Positions 20,801-28,520 of a stretch of 64,000 bases of DNA are shown here, piece by piece (positions within the stretch are counted from its first letter, which is position 1; every line of letters begins with the position of its first letter). Position numbers and translations under genes: made by a program. Source of the stretch: Armatimonadota bacterium. Its GTDB lineage: Bacteria > Armatimonadota > Fimbriimonadia > Fimbriimonadales > GBS-DC. The notes below the pieces were generated by a model, which saw only the letters and a program-made list of their open reading frames with translations, searched no databases and was not told where the DNA came from. The stretch covers positions 32,001 through 96,000 of the forward strand of contig JBBIML010000011.1 of the NCBI GenBank assembly GCA_037444405.1, read 5' to 3'.

Positions 20801-21634
20801 CCCTTGCGGCGTGTGGTGGGGTTAATCGCAGGCAAAGAGATACGCGACGCCCGCCGCAACCGCTGGCTGGTGCTGCTGATGGGCGTCTTTATTCTGCTGT
20901 CGCTGCTGTTGACCCTGTTCGGGCTGACGGGCGCAGGCGCGGGCAGCATGGCGGGCTTCGGGCGCACCTTCGCCAGTCTGCTCAACTTATCGCTGTTGAT
21001 TGTGCCGCTGATGGGACTGCTGATGGGCGCGCTGAGCATCGCTTCCGAACGCGATCAGCGCACGCTGGACACCCTGCTGGCTCAACCGCTCACCCCCGCG
21101 TCGATTCTTGCGGGCAAGCTGCTCGGCGCCATGCTCGCCCTCAGCGCCGCTGTCCTGATCGGCTTCGGCAGCAGCGGGTTGCTCATCTACATGGCGGGTG
21201 CGAATCTGCCCCTGACGCCCTTCCTGACCCAGCTCCTGCTCACCATCCTGCTGGGATGGGGCTGCCTGTCGCTGGGCACGCTCGTGTCGGTGCTGGTGAA
21301 GCGGGGTGCAACGGCGGTCGGTATCGCCCTCCTGCTTTGGCTGATGCTGGTGTTCGTCAGCGATCTGGGGCTGATCGGCACAGCCATCGCGCTCCAGCTG
21401 AGGGCGTCCACCCTGCTCTGGCTGACCCTGCTCAACCCGCTGCAGGTGTTCAAGCTTGCCGTGATCCAGGTGATGGAGGGCAATCTGGAGGTGCTGGGTT
21501 CGGCAGGGCTGTACGCGCGCGAGGTGATGGGTGATGCGATTTTACCCATCCTGTCGGGTATCCTTCTGATGTGGGTCGCGGTTCCGTTACTGCTCGCGCT
21601 GCTCTGGTTCGTGCGCCGGGGAGCAGTCGAATGA
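17813..21634 (+). CDS. nosBDFY (fusion): fused NosB-like/NosD/NosF/NosY copper-site maturation ABC transporter
   Basis: One ORF: APQYPKGL..DGLNHYIGM membrane domain; NosD beta-helix with GNFWSDYTGYDANGDGVGD; ABC ATPase GANGAGKT/LSGGMKQ/LLLDEPT; NosY permease KEIRDARRNRW...LLAQPL...LLNPLQVF. Confidence 0.88.
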   Translation: MATTGHCPREVRNKVMLGVAALLVFISIWLPYWQMHIVAPQYPKGLNVIVYVTGAGGDVREVDGLNHYIGMRPLGEAAPFERKISVPGLSAIALALLFIMLIPRAPRWFQILLALPVWAVPFVFAGDLYYWLREYGLNLDPKAPLSAMIKPFIPPLVGPGKVGQFHVIAWFHIGYFVVIAAGVLTLIAIRQRFRCEQLRQAVPAIAKAAAALLLMVVLPNGWAHEWVISPQSDQSLQAVIQQARAGDTIRVIGGEYRGNFIVDKTLTLVGERSPVLDGERRGSVIHLKAPRCVLKGFIIRNSGITLSTQDSGVRVSAPNCIVENNRIEQVLFGVHLEHADRTVIRNNEIYSHDLPIARRGDQIRIWYSHHTLVEGNQVVGGRDLVFWYSEGLTIRNNRVRNSRYGIHFMYCNDSHVESNLLENNSVGIYIMYSEGVQVRGNQILNSRGPSGMGLGIKDGYRLLIEKNLVAHNRTGLFIDSGEGVYRENWFLRNDVGIHLVLAVKPNRFEANRMVENIEMVRMDRPDSVAGVRWEGNFWSDYTGYDANGDGVGDVPYRAVRVFDQIAAQNAALRLLAYSPSAQALDFGARLFPLFAPQPLVADARPLVRAGEPPRPMSPAQTPSRAKGLLFMAGLLALGLLSLRTPGTSRAGKYRPITNGKPSRKSLMSRSAKPAMVIRVEHLTRRFGRLVAVDDLTFGVRAGETVALWGANGAGKTTILRCLLGLLRFEGSASVLGYSVKQQGTAVRQRVGYVPQLVHLHPDMSVQETAQFYAQLRGVSAERADALLREWGLSEHADKPVSALSGGMKQKLALVLALLSDPPVLLLDEPTAHLDTAARAEWLQLLQRLKAQGKTLLFCTHQFNEVRTLADRVVVLERGRKVAELTGAQFVALWQRHGSLRLSVPQEQVQVAIGILKQAGYDAQAVDGVLLIRHLEAKQVEPLSRLLQGGIEVLDYEWRPPSEPPDWSQIPESVRFAALTSSLDDTHPNPQHKGEKPPLRRVVGLIAGKEIRDARRNRWLVLLMGVFILLSLLLTLFGLTGAGAGSMAGFGRTFASLLNLSLLIVPLMGLLMGALSIASERDQRTLDTLLAQPLTPASILAGKLLGAMLALSAAVLIGFGSSGLLIYMAGANLPLTPFLTQLLLTILLGWGCLSLGTLVSVLVKRGATAVGIALLLWLMLVFVSDLGLIGTAIALQLRASTLLWLTLLNPLQVFKLAVIQVMEGNLEVLGSAGLYAREVMGDAILPILSGILLMWVAVPLLLALLWFVRRGAVE

Positions 21635-21696
21635 GCATAGTGGATTGGGCATCCTGCCCATATCTTACAGGGGTTCGTGCGCAGGGAGGCAATCGA

Positions 21697-22146
21697 ATGA
21701 GGACCTGTCCGCTCCTGATGTTGGCGTTGATCGCGGGCTGTCAGCCAGCGGATCGCCCGCCCACCATTCGCTACGGGGAGGACGCCTGCGCGAACTGCCG
21801 CATGATTATCAACGAGCCGCCCTACGCCTGCGCCGTTGAAACCGAGCAGGGCGAACTGCGCAAATACGACGACCTCAACTGCATGGTGCTGGACAGCACG
21901 CGCATTAAGCCCCGGCGCTACTGGGTGCATGACTTCGAAAAGCCTGACCGCTGGCTGGACGGCACGCGGGCGTTCTATGTGCGGGCGGACCATCTTCAGA
22001 CGCCGATGGGCAGCCGCACGATTGCTCTTGCGACGCGCGAGCAGGCGGAGCGCAAAGCGCGCGAACTCAACGGCAGGGTGTTCACTTTCGAGCAGATTCG
22101 GCAGGAACTCCTGCCGAAAAAACAACCTTCAGAGAGCAGGAGGTGA
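21697..22146 (+). CDS. nosL: NosL copper chaperone lipoprotein
   Basis: Lipobox IAGC, CANCRMII, YDDLNCM, TPMGS. Confidence 0.88.
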   Translation: MRTCPLLMLALIAGCQPADRPPTIRYGEDACANCRMIINEPPYACAVETEQGELRKYDDLNCMVLDSTRIKPRRYWVHDFEKPDRWLDGTRAFYVRADHLQTPMGSRTIALATREQAERKARELNGRVFTFEQIRQELLPKKQPSESRR

Positions 22147-22991
22147 AGAGGATGGAACGATGGACATATTTCTGGGCGAAGCGCGTTGCCCTCTGGGGCG
22201 CAATCGCGCTGATGGTCGTGATGTTCACCAGTTGCAGAGGCGGTCAGCAGCAGCAACAGGGTCAGCAGCCTGCTGCTCCGCAGGCGCCGTCGGCGCCAAC
22301 CGGTCAACCGGCTGCAACCGCACCGACGCCGCCACCTGCCCCCACCGATGGCACAGCCACCATCTTCGGGCTGGTCAAGTTCGAAGGCACGCCGCCCAAG
22401 CCAGAACCCATCAGCTTCGGCGCGGAACTGCAGTGCGCTGCCATGCACCCCACACCGCCCACCAAAGAAGACCTGGTGGTGAACCCCAACGGCACCCTGC
22501 GCTGGACGCTGGTCTATGTGAAGGCGGGACTGCCTGCCGATTACAAACCGAGCGTGCCTTCCGAGCCTGTCGTGCTGGATCAAAAAGGGTGCGTGTTTAT
22601 TCCCCATGTGGTAGCCGTGATGGCGGGGCAGGAGATAATCTTCCGCAACAGCGACCCCGTGCTGCACAACACGCGCGGCACATCCAAAAACAACGGCAGC
22701 TTCAACTACACTCAGCCGAAGCAGGGTGAAGAAACCCGCCATGTGTTCAAAAACCCTGAACTGGGCATCAAAACCGTGTGTGATGTGCATCCGTGGATGG
22801 TCAGCTACATCCATGTGCTGTCGAACCCCTTCTTCGCCGTGATGGGCGAGGACGGCAGCTTCACCATCAAGGGTCTCCCGCCTGGCAAATACACGCTGGA
22901 GTTCGTCCACGAGAAGCTGGGCACGCGCACCGTCGAGGTGGAGGCGAAAGCGAACGCCGTCACTCAAACGGAGGTGGCGTTCAAGCAGTAG
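22143..22991 (+). CDS. cupredoxin-like lipoprotein with carboxypeptidase-regulatory-like beta domains
   Basis: Lipobox FTSC, Q/P-rich linker, DQKGCVFIPHV, HNTRG, CDVHPWM (type-1 Cu ligand pattern). Confidence 0.75.
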   Translation: MKRMERWTYFWAKRVALWGAIALMVVMFTSCRGGQQQQQGQQPAAPQAPSAPTGQPAATAPTPPPAPTDGTATIFGLVKFEGTPPKPEPISFGAELQCAAMHPTPPTKEDLVVNPNGTLRWTLVYVKAGLPADYKPSVPSEPVVLDQKGCVFIPHVVAVMAGQEIIFRNSDPVLHNTRGTSKNNGSFNYTQPKQGEETRHVFKNPELGIKTVCDVHPWMVSYIHVLSNPFFAVMGEDGSFTIKGLPPGKYTLEFVHEKLGTRTVEVEAKANAVTQTEVAFKQ

Positions 22992-23002
22992 TGGCGTTCA
23001 AA

Positions 23003-23034
23003 CGGTAGGGGCGAGGCATGCCTCGCCCCTACCG
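23003..23034. repeat. GTAG-family REP, perfect 32-bp palindrome between convergent genes
   Basis: CGGTAGGGGCGAGGCA|TGCCTCGCCCCTACCG. Confidence 0.8.
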
Positions 23035-23087
23035 ACCCATACCCTCTCCCCCGCTGGGGGAGAGGGTATGCTTTGACCTGAACAGGT

Positions 23088-23756
23088 TCAGACGCTCCCC
23101 GCCCCGCCCTGTTCGACGCTTTGCGCCTGCAGGCGCACCTGCAGAATCGTGCGCAATGTTGGAATTGCCTGACGCAGCACCTTCGCGCGGTGGCTGATAC
23201 GGTTCTTGAAGGCGGGAGGCAGCTCGGCGAGCGTGCAGCCGAACGCGGGCAGGTAGAAGATGGGGTCATAGCCGAAGCCGTACTGTCCGCGCGGCGCCTG
23301 TGCGATACGCCCCTCCAGCGTGTCTTCAAAAAGGTGCAGGTCGCCTTCGGGCGTGGCAATCGCGACGGCGCAGCGGAAGCGTGCGGTGCGCCGCTCGTCG
23401 GGCACCGCCTGCAATCGCTCCAGTATCAGCCCCATCTTGACGGTGAAGGGCGTCCGCTCGCTTGCGAATCGGCGCGAGTGCAAGCCGGGTTGACCATCCA
23501 GCGCGTCGATCTCCAGCCCCGCGTCGTCCGCCAGCGAGACCTCGCCGGTGAACCGGGCGCAGGCGCGCGCCTTCAGCGCGGCGTTGCCCGCATAGGTCGA
23601 TTCGGTCTCTTCAGGCACGGGCGCGTTCGGATAGTCGCACAACAGCTGAATCTCCACTGGCAAATCGCGCAGACCCTCGCTCAGCAGCGCAACGATTTCG
23701 CGCGACTTGGCGCGATTGTGGCTCGCAATCACCACACGCAGTCGCTCAGCAGCCAT
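23088..23756 (-). CDS. rdgB: non-canonical purine NTP pyrophosphatase
   Basis: ASHNRAK, NAALKA, LADDAGL, GFGYDPIF, KNRISHR. Confidence 0.93.
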   Translation of the reverse strand: MAAERLRVVIASHNRAKSREIVALLSEGLRDLPVEIQLLCDYPNAPVPEETESTYAGNAALKARACARFTGEVSLADDAGLEIDALDGQPGLHSRRFASERTPFTVKMGLILERLQAVPDERRTARFRCAVAIATPEGDLHLFEDTLEGRIAQAPRGQYGFGYDPIFYLPAFGCTLAELPPAFKNRISHRAKVLRQAIPTLRTILQVRLQAQSVEQGGAGSV

Positions 23757-24162
23757 CGCCCTCCATCAGCAATCGGTTAATCAGCGCCTTGACCCGCTCG
23801 CCAATCGTGTCGCGAATGCGGCGGAACTCCTCCATCGGCAGCCCGACGGGATCGGGGATGTTCCACTGCTCGCGCACGCCCCCGAAGTTCGCAGGGCACA
23901 GCGTGTCGGTGGATGCATCGCACAGGCTGACCACCGCATCGAAGCTGCCCATATCGAACTCCTCCACCGACTTGGGATACTGGCGGGAGATATCGATGCC
24001 GATCTCGCGCATGGCTTCGACGGCGAGCGGATGCACCCGCGCAGCAGGCATCGTGCCCGCGCTGAAGGCGACCACTTTGCCCTGACCGAGCGCGTTGGCG
24101 AACCCCTCCGCCATCTGGCTCCGACACGAATTGCCCACACACACAAACAGTATCGTTTTCAT
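23746..24162 (-). CDS. arsC: thioredoxin-dependent arsenate reductase (LMW-PTP family)
   Basis: CVGNSCRSQMAE P-loop, two downstream Cys, W..PDP. Confidence 0.85.
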   Translation of the reverse strand: MKTILFVCVGNSCRSQMAEGFANALGQGKVVAFSAGTMPAARVHPLAVEAMREIGIDISRQYPKSVEEFDMGSFDAVVSLCDASTDTLCPANFGGVREQWNIPDPVGLPMEEFRRIRDTIGERVKALINRLLMEGDGC

Positions 24163-24163
24163 C

Positions 24164-24910
24164 TCAATAGCCCCGTTGTCTGAACTGTTCGATGCTCTGC
24201 TGATAGCGTTGTTGCCCGTCGGGACGGTTAATGCTGGCGAAGATGGTGGGGGGCTTGCCCGCCGCCACCATTATTTCAACGATACCTGCCACCAGCGCCC
24301 ACAGTGCGGCGGCGGCGCCGATGCCCGAAGCGGGGCAGAATGGCGTTTCCAGCCCCTCAAGGCTCATCATCGCATCACCATAGGGCGCGGCGTTATCGAT
24401 GACCAGATCCGCCACCTCAAAGAGCCGCTTGCCCGACTCATGTTCCGATTCGAGGCGGGACGAGTAGTCGAGGGCGGTGAGCGCGATGGTGAACACTCCG
24501 CGCTGCCGTGCCTGCAACGCCAGCTCCACAGGGATTGGCGTCTTGCCCGACACGCTGCCGATAATCAGCACATCGCCTGGCACGATGCGACTGCGATCCA
24601 GTGCGGCACGCACAATCGCGCGAACAGTATCAGGCGTGGGCCCAGCGCTGATCCCATGCGCCTCGCGATAGGGGTGCGGGTTCTGCACCTGCAGGTCGAA
24701 GCTGAACGGGATGAACGCTGCCAGCCCGCCCGCGCGATTGATAAGTTCACGCGAGACGAGATGCCCTGTGTCGTACACATGGATCGCGCCACCGCGTAGC
24801 AGGCACTGGGCGCACCGCTCAGCTGCCTGCTCAATCGCGCTCAGCGAGCGGCGCTCCAGCTCCTCCAGCTGCTGACGCAGCCGTTGAAAATAGGCTCCGG
24901 GCAGGTTCAT
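24164..24910 (-). CDS. SIS-domain (sugar isomerase-like) protein
   Basis: YDTGHL..E...RAGGL, SVSGK, HESGKRL, NAAPYGDA. Confidence 0.8.
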   Translation of the reverse strand: MNLPGAYFQRLRQQLEELERRSLSAIEQAAERCAQCLLRGGAIHVYDTGHLVSRELINRAGGLAAFIPFSFDLQVQNPHPYREAHGISAGPTPDTVRAIVRAALDRSRIVPGDVLIIGSVSGKTPIPVELALQARQRGVFTIALTALDYSSRLESEHESGKRLFEVADLVIDNAAPYGDAMMSLEGLETPFCPASGIGAAAALWALVAGIVEIMVAAGKPPTIFASINRPDGQQRYQQSIEQFRQRGY

Positions 24911-24937
24911 CGGGTTCGATTGTACCCGCCCGCTATC

Positions 24938-25672
24938 TCACCATGGTGTGGGCACGCGGCTCGGATCCTCGATCGCCCGTATCTCCGTTTTGATGCCCCA
25001 CTGCTGCAGGTCTTTGACCAGCATTTCGGCTTTTCGGCGTGGCAGGTTGGTCAGAATGACCACGGGCGCACTCTGGAGCAGTTTCTTCACATCGGGTCGG
25101 GTGAGCGTGAGGAACGACTCCAGATGGGCGATGGCTTCTTCTTCCTTCAGGCGTTCCACGCCGAGCAGCACCAGTTCGTAAGGTGTGGGGTCGTCCTGCG
25201 GCAGGGGCATAGAGACCTGTGTTTGTGCGGGGGCGACCACGCTGAACTCGCGCTGGCAATGCTCGCAGATGGCGGTTCGGGCACGGGGTGAGACCTTCTC
25301 GGTGGCGCGGCAGTGGGGGCAGCGCACCGTTACCACCTCCAGCACATGCCCGTTCTCCACCGGCACGAGCCGCCGACAGTGTTCGCAGGTGAAGTCGCTT
25401 TGCGGCGGCGCCACGAACACATTCTCCTTCTGGCAGTAGGGGCAGCTCACGGGATAGGCGGGGATATTGCGCGTTTTATAGAGTGACCAGCCCGCATATG
25501 CCCACGAGCCGAGCCACACCAGCCCGAAACCCCATGAGAAGGAGTGGAACATGCCCCCATAGCGCCAGAACAGCCATGTTAGCAGCAGCATCACCAGCCC
25601 CAGCAAACCATAGATGACGGCTTGCGTGTACTCTTTTTCCACAGCGTCAGAGCGCTTAACTGGCTCTTCCAC
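24938..25672 (-). CDS. membrane protein with two zinc ribbons and L7/L12-CTD-like domain
   Basis: Two TM helices; CPYC, CEHC, CPHC, CEHC; C-terminal KKLLQSAPVVI...AE.LVKDL; GTG start after GGGAGG. Confidence 0.6.
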   Translation of the reverse strand: MEEPVKRSDAVEKEYTQAVIYGLLGLVMLLLTWLFWRYGGMFHSFSWGFGLVWLGSWAYAGWSLYKTRNIPAYPVSCPYCQKENVFVAPPQSDFTCEHCRRLVPVENGHVLEVVTVRCPHCRATEKVSPRARTAICEHCQREFSVVAPAQTQVSMPLPQDDPTPYELVLLGVERLKEEEAIAHLESFLTLTRPDVKKLLQSAPVVILTNLPRRKAEMLVKDLQQWGIKTEIRAIEDPSRVPTPW

Positions 25673-25724
25673 GCTTATCGCCTCCCTGTGGAAAGGGTTC
25701 GACCGACTGCCGCGCGATTCCTGC

Positions 25725-27692
25725 CTATTCCTCCTGACCCTCGTATTTCTCTTTGAGCGCCTGCACGACGGCAGGGTCGGCGAGGGTGGTGGTGTCGCCC
25801 AGCGCACGCCCTTCCGCCACATCGCGCAGCAGGCGACGCATAATCTTGCCACTGCGCGTTTTGGGCAGGTCGGCAGTGAAGATTATATCGTCGGGTCGGG
25901 CAAGCGCGCCGATTTTCGCCACCACATGCTGCTTAAGTTCCTCGCGCAATCGCTCATCGGCGGTGTAGCCCTCTTTGATAATCACGAAGGCAGCCACCGC
26001 CTGGCCCTTGATCTCGTGCGATTTGCCGATGACGGCAGCTTCGGCGACTGCCGGGTGATCCACCAGCGCGCTTTCGATTTCCATCGTGCTGAGGCGATGC
26101 CCCGACACATTGATCACATCGTCCACGCGCCCCAGCAGCCAGAAGTAGCCGTCCTCGTCGCGCTTGGCGCCGTCGCCCGTGAAATAGATGCCGGGGTACC
26201 GGCTCCAGTAGATTTGCTGGAAGCGTTCGGGGTCGCCGTACAGCCCGCGCGTCATCGCCGGCCAGGGGCGCGTCAGCACCAGATAGCCACCCCTGTTCGG
26301 CGGCACCGGGTTGCCCAGCTCATCCAGAATGTCGGGGAACACCCCTGGAAACGGCTTGGTGGCGGAACCGGGCTTGGTCGCCACGATGCCTGGCAGCGGG
26401 GTGATCAGAATCATGCCCGTTTCGGTCTGCCACCAGGTGTCGACAATCGGGCAGCGTCCGCCGCCGATATGCTCGTGGTACCACATCCACGCTTCGGGGT
26501 TGATGAGTTCACCGACGGTGCCCAGCAGGCGCAGACTGCTCAAATCGTGGCGGCGCGGGTACTCTTCGCCCCACTTCATAAAGGCGCGGATGGCAGTCGG
26601 CGCGGTGTACAGAATGTTCACCCGATATTTCTCCACTATCGCCCAGAATCGGTCGCGGTCGGGATAGTCGGGTGCGCCCTCGTAAATCACGCAGGTCACC
26701 CCGTTCGCCAGCGGACCGTACACGATGTAGCTGTGCCCTGTAACCCAGCCCACATCGGCGGTACACCAGAAGATGTCTTCGTCCTTGAGGTCGAAAACCC
26801 ATTTGCTGGTGATGGCGACGCCCACGAGATAGCCGCCTGTGGTGTGCATGATGCCTTTCGGCTTGCCCGTGGAGCCGGAGGTGTAGAGCAGATAGAGCAG
26901 GTCTTCGCTGTCCATCGGCTCTGGCTCGCAGGTGAGCGGCGCGTTCGCCATCAGCTCGTGCCACCAGAGGTCGCGCCCTTCCTGCATCGGCACGGTGTAG
27001 TCGCCACCGATACGCTGATAGACAATCACTTTTTCGATGGAGGGTGTGTTGCGCAGGGCTTCGTCGGCATTGCGCTTGAGCGGCACGATCGAGCCGCGGC
27101 GCCAGCCACCATCGGCGGTGATCAGCACCTTCGCCTGCGCGTCGTTGATGCGGTCAGCGAGGCTCTCCGCGCTGAACCCGCCGAACACCACCGAATGGGG
27201 CGCACCGATTCGCGCACACGCCAGCATTGCAATCACCACTTCGGGGATGAGCGGCAGATAGATACACACACGGTCGCCTTTGCGCACGCCCAGCGCCTTC
27301 AGCACATTGGCAAACTTCTGCACCTCGCGATAGAGGTCGTTGTAGGTCAGCACGCGCTCCTCGCCTGGCTCGCCCTCCCAGATGAGCGCGGCTTTGTTGC
27401 GCCGCCATGTCTTCACATGTCGATCCACGCAGTTGTAGCAGGCGTTCAGCTTGCCGCCGACAAACCACTTCGCATAGGGCGGGTTCCACTCCAGCACCGT
27501 GTGCCATCTCTGATACCAGTCGAGAATCTCGGCGCACTTCGCCCAGAACGCCTCATAGTCGCGCGCCGCCTCTTCATAAATAGCCGCATCGCTGATATTC
27601 GCCTGTCGCACGAACTCTTCCGAAGGCGGGAAGACCCGCTGCTCCTGCAACAACGCCTCAATCGCCATTGTGGTCTGCATCGTCTCCATCAT
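25725..27692 (-). CDS. acs: acetyl-CoA synthetase (AMP-forming)
   Basis: [44 protein letters not shown]. Confidence 0.97.
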   Translation of the reverse strand: MMETMQTTMAIEALLQEQRVFPPSEEFVRQANISDAAIYEEAARDYEAFWAKCAEILDWYQRWHTVLEWNPPYAKWFVGGKLNACYNCVDRHVKTWRRNKAALIWEGEPGEERVLTYNDLYREVQKFANVLKALGVRKGDRVCIYLPLIPEVVIAMLACARIGAPHSVVFGGFSAESLADRINDAQAKVLITADGGWRRGSIVPLKRNADEALRNTPSIEKVIVYQRIGGDYTVPMQEGRDLWWHELMANAPLTCEPEPMDSEDLLYLLYTSGSTGKPKGIMHTTGGYLVGVAITSKWVFDLKDEDIFWCTADVGWVTGHSYIVYGPLANGVTCVIYEGAPDYPDRDRFWAIVEKYRVNILYTAPTAIRAFMKWGEEYPRRHDLSSLRLLGTVGELINPEAWMWYHEHIGGGRCPIVDTWWQTETGMILITPLPGIVATKPGSATKPFPGVFPDILDELGNPVPPNRGGYLVLTRPWPAMTRGLYGDPERFQQIYWSRYPGIYFTGDGAKRDEDGYFWLLGRVDDVINVSGHRLSTMEIESALVDHPAVAEAAVIGKSHEIKGQAVAAFVIIKEGYTADERLREELKQHVVAKIGALARPDDIIFTADLPKTRSGKIMRRLLRDVAEGRALGDTTTLADPAVVQALKEKYEGQEE

Positions 27693-27795
27693 CTCACCTC
27701 ACAGGGGAACGATTCGCCAGCAGGCAGCCCTTTTCCTGCTTTATCTATGCCTCTGGGGGGCGAAACGGGATTTTTCTCCCTCTTGCAGGGAACTC

Positions 27796-27818
27796 TTGAC
27801 AGAGGTCTGGGGTATAAT
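27796..27818 (+). promoter_or_regulatory. promoter of the ubiquitination-like operon
   Basis: Perfect TATAAT 27813-18; TTGACA 27796-801 lies only 11 nt upstream (non-canonical spacing); SD GAGGTG before ATG 27837. Confidence 0.55.
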
Positions 27819-27836
27819 AGGGGTGAGGTGTTGCAT

Positions 27837-28037
27837 ATGGCAACAAGGAACGCAGTCAAGGAAAAGGTTCGCCTGAACGGCGTCGACTATGAGATCACGC
27901 TGACGCCTGCGACCACGAACGACCCGACCACGCTGAACACGCCGATCACTCCGTCTCAGCCGACCACGCCGCAGGAAGTGGTGCGTCGCGCACCTGCCGT
28001 CACCGAGCTGCCGCGCTGGGAGGACGGTATCGGCTAA
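27837..28037 (+). CDS. 66-aa small protein, candidate modifier/substrate peptide (C-terminal ...WEDGIG)
   Basis: Own -10, SD and ATG; hidden as the tail of shadow ORF 25614..28037; first gene ahead of E2 and JAB-E1. Confidence 0.75.
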   Translation: MATRNAVKEKVRLNGVDYEITLTPATTNDPTTLNTPITPSQPTTPQEVVRRAPAVTELPRWEDGIG

Positions 28038-28067
28038 GCCCTGGATCGCTGTTGCGGGGATGACACC

Positions 28068-28517
28068 ATGAACGCACGCCTGCAGCGGATCGCCTACGAG
28101 GCGGCGCTTGCTGCGACGCACTACTCGCAGACGAAGCAAGCCTCCTATGACGACGAGGACGGGGAGTGGGTCATTATTCACGACTTTCCGCTCCCCCGCG
28201 GCTACAACTACACCACCACCGATGTGCTGATTCTGCTGCCGCGTCACTACCCCCAGACCCCGCCTGACTGGTTCTATGTGGATTACAACCTGCGCTTAGC
28301 GAACGGGCAGCGTCCGCCCCATGTGTTCTATGGCGACACCTCCTATGACCCCAATCGGGGTCAGTTCCGCGAGGCGCCGCCCGCGCTGAAGGGCTGGACC
28401 GCCTGCTGCCTGCACATCCATGAGTGGCGCCCTGCAGCGAACCCGCTGGCAGGGCATTCCCTGCTGAGTGTGTGCGAACTCATTAAGAAGGCGTTTGAAC
28501 GCTGGCGACGCGGGTAG
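28068..28517 (+). CDS. prokaryotic E2/UBC-fold protein (Prok-E2_E/BubB-like)
   Basis: WVIIHDFPLPRGYN...ILLPRHYPQTPPDWFY...GWTACCLHIHEWRP. Confidence 0.8.
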   Translation: MNARLQRIAYEAALAATHYSQTKQASYDDEDGEWVIIHDFPLPRGYNYTTTDVLILLPRHYPQTPPDWFYVDYNLRLANGQRPPHVFYGDTSYDPNRGQFREAPPALKGWTACCLHIHEWRPAANPLAGHSLLSVCELIKKAFERWRRG

Positions 28518-28520
28518 GGA

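Noticed and set aside
26495..26520. acs GELINP instead of the usual GEPINP as an inactivating change
   Set aside because: Single substitution, cannot be told from sequencing error or tolerated variation; all other motifs intact
27796..27809. FNR/Dnr box (TTGACagagGTCTG)
   Set aside because: Right half-site too degenerate to call
25614..27836. 807-aa plus-strand ORF
   Set aside because: Antisense shadow of acs; only the last 66 codons have their own expression signals
27837..28037. Peptide as Pup/UBact
   Set aside because: Pup/UBact end in GE or GQ and work with PafA/Dop and proteasome genes; this ends DGIG beside E1/E2/JAB
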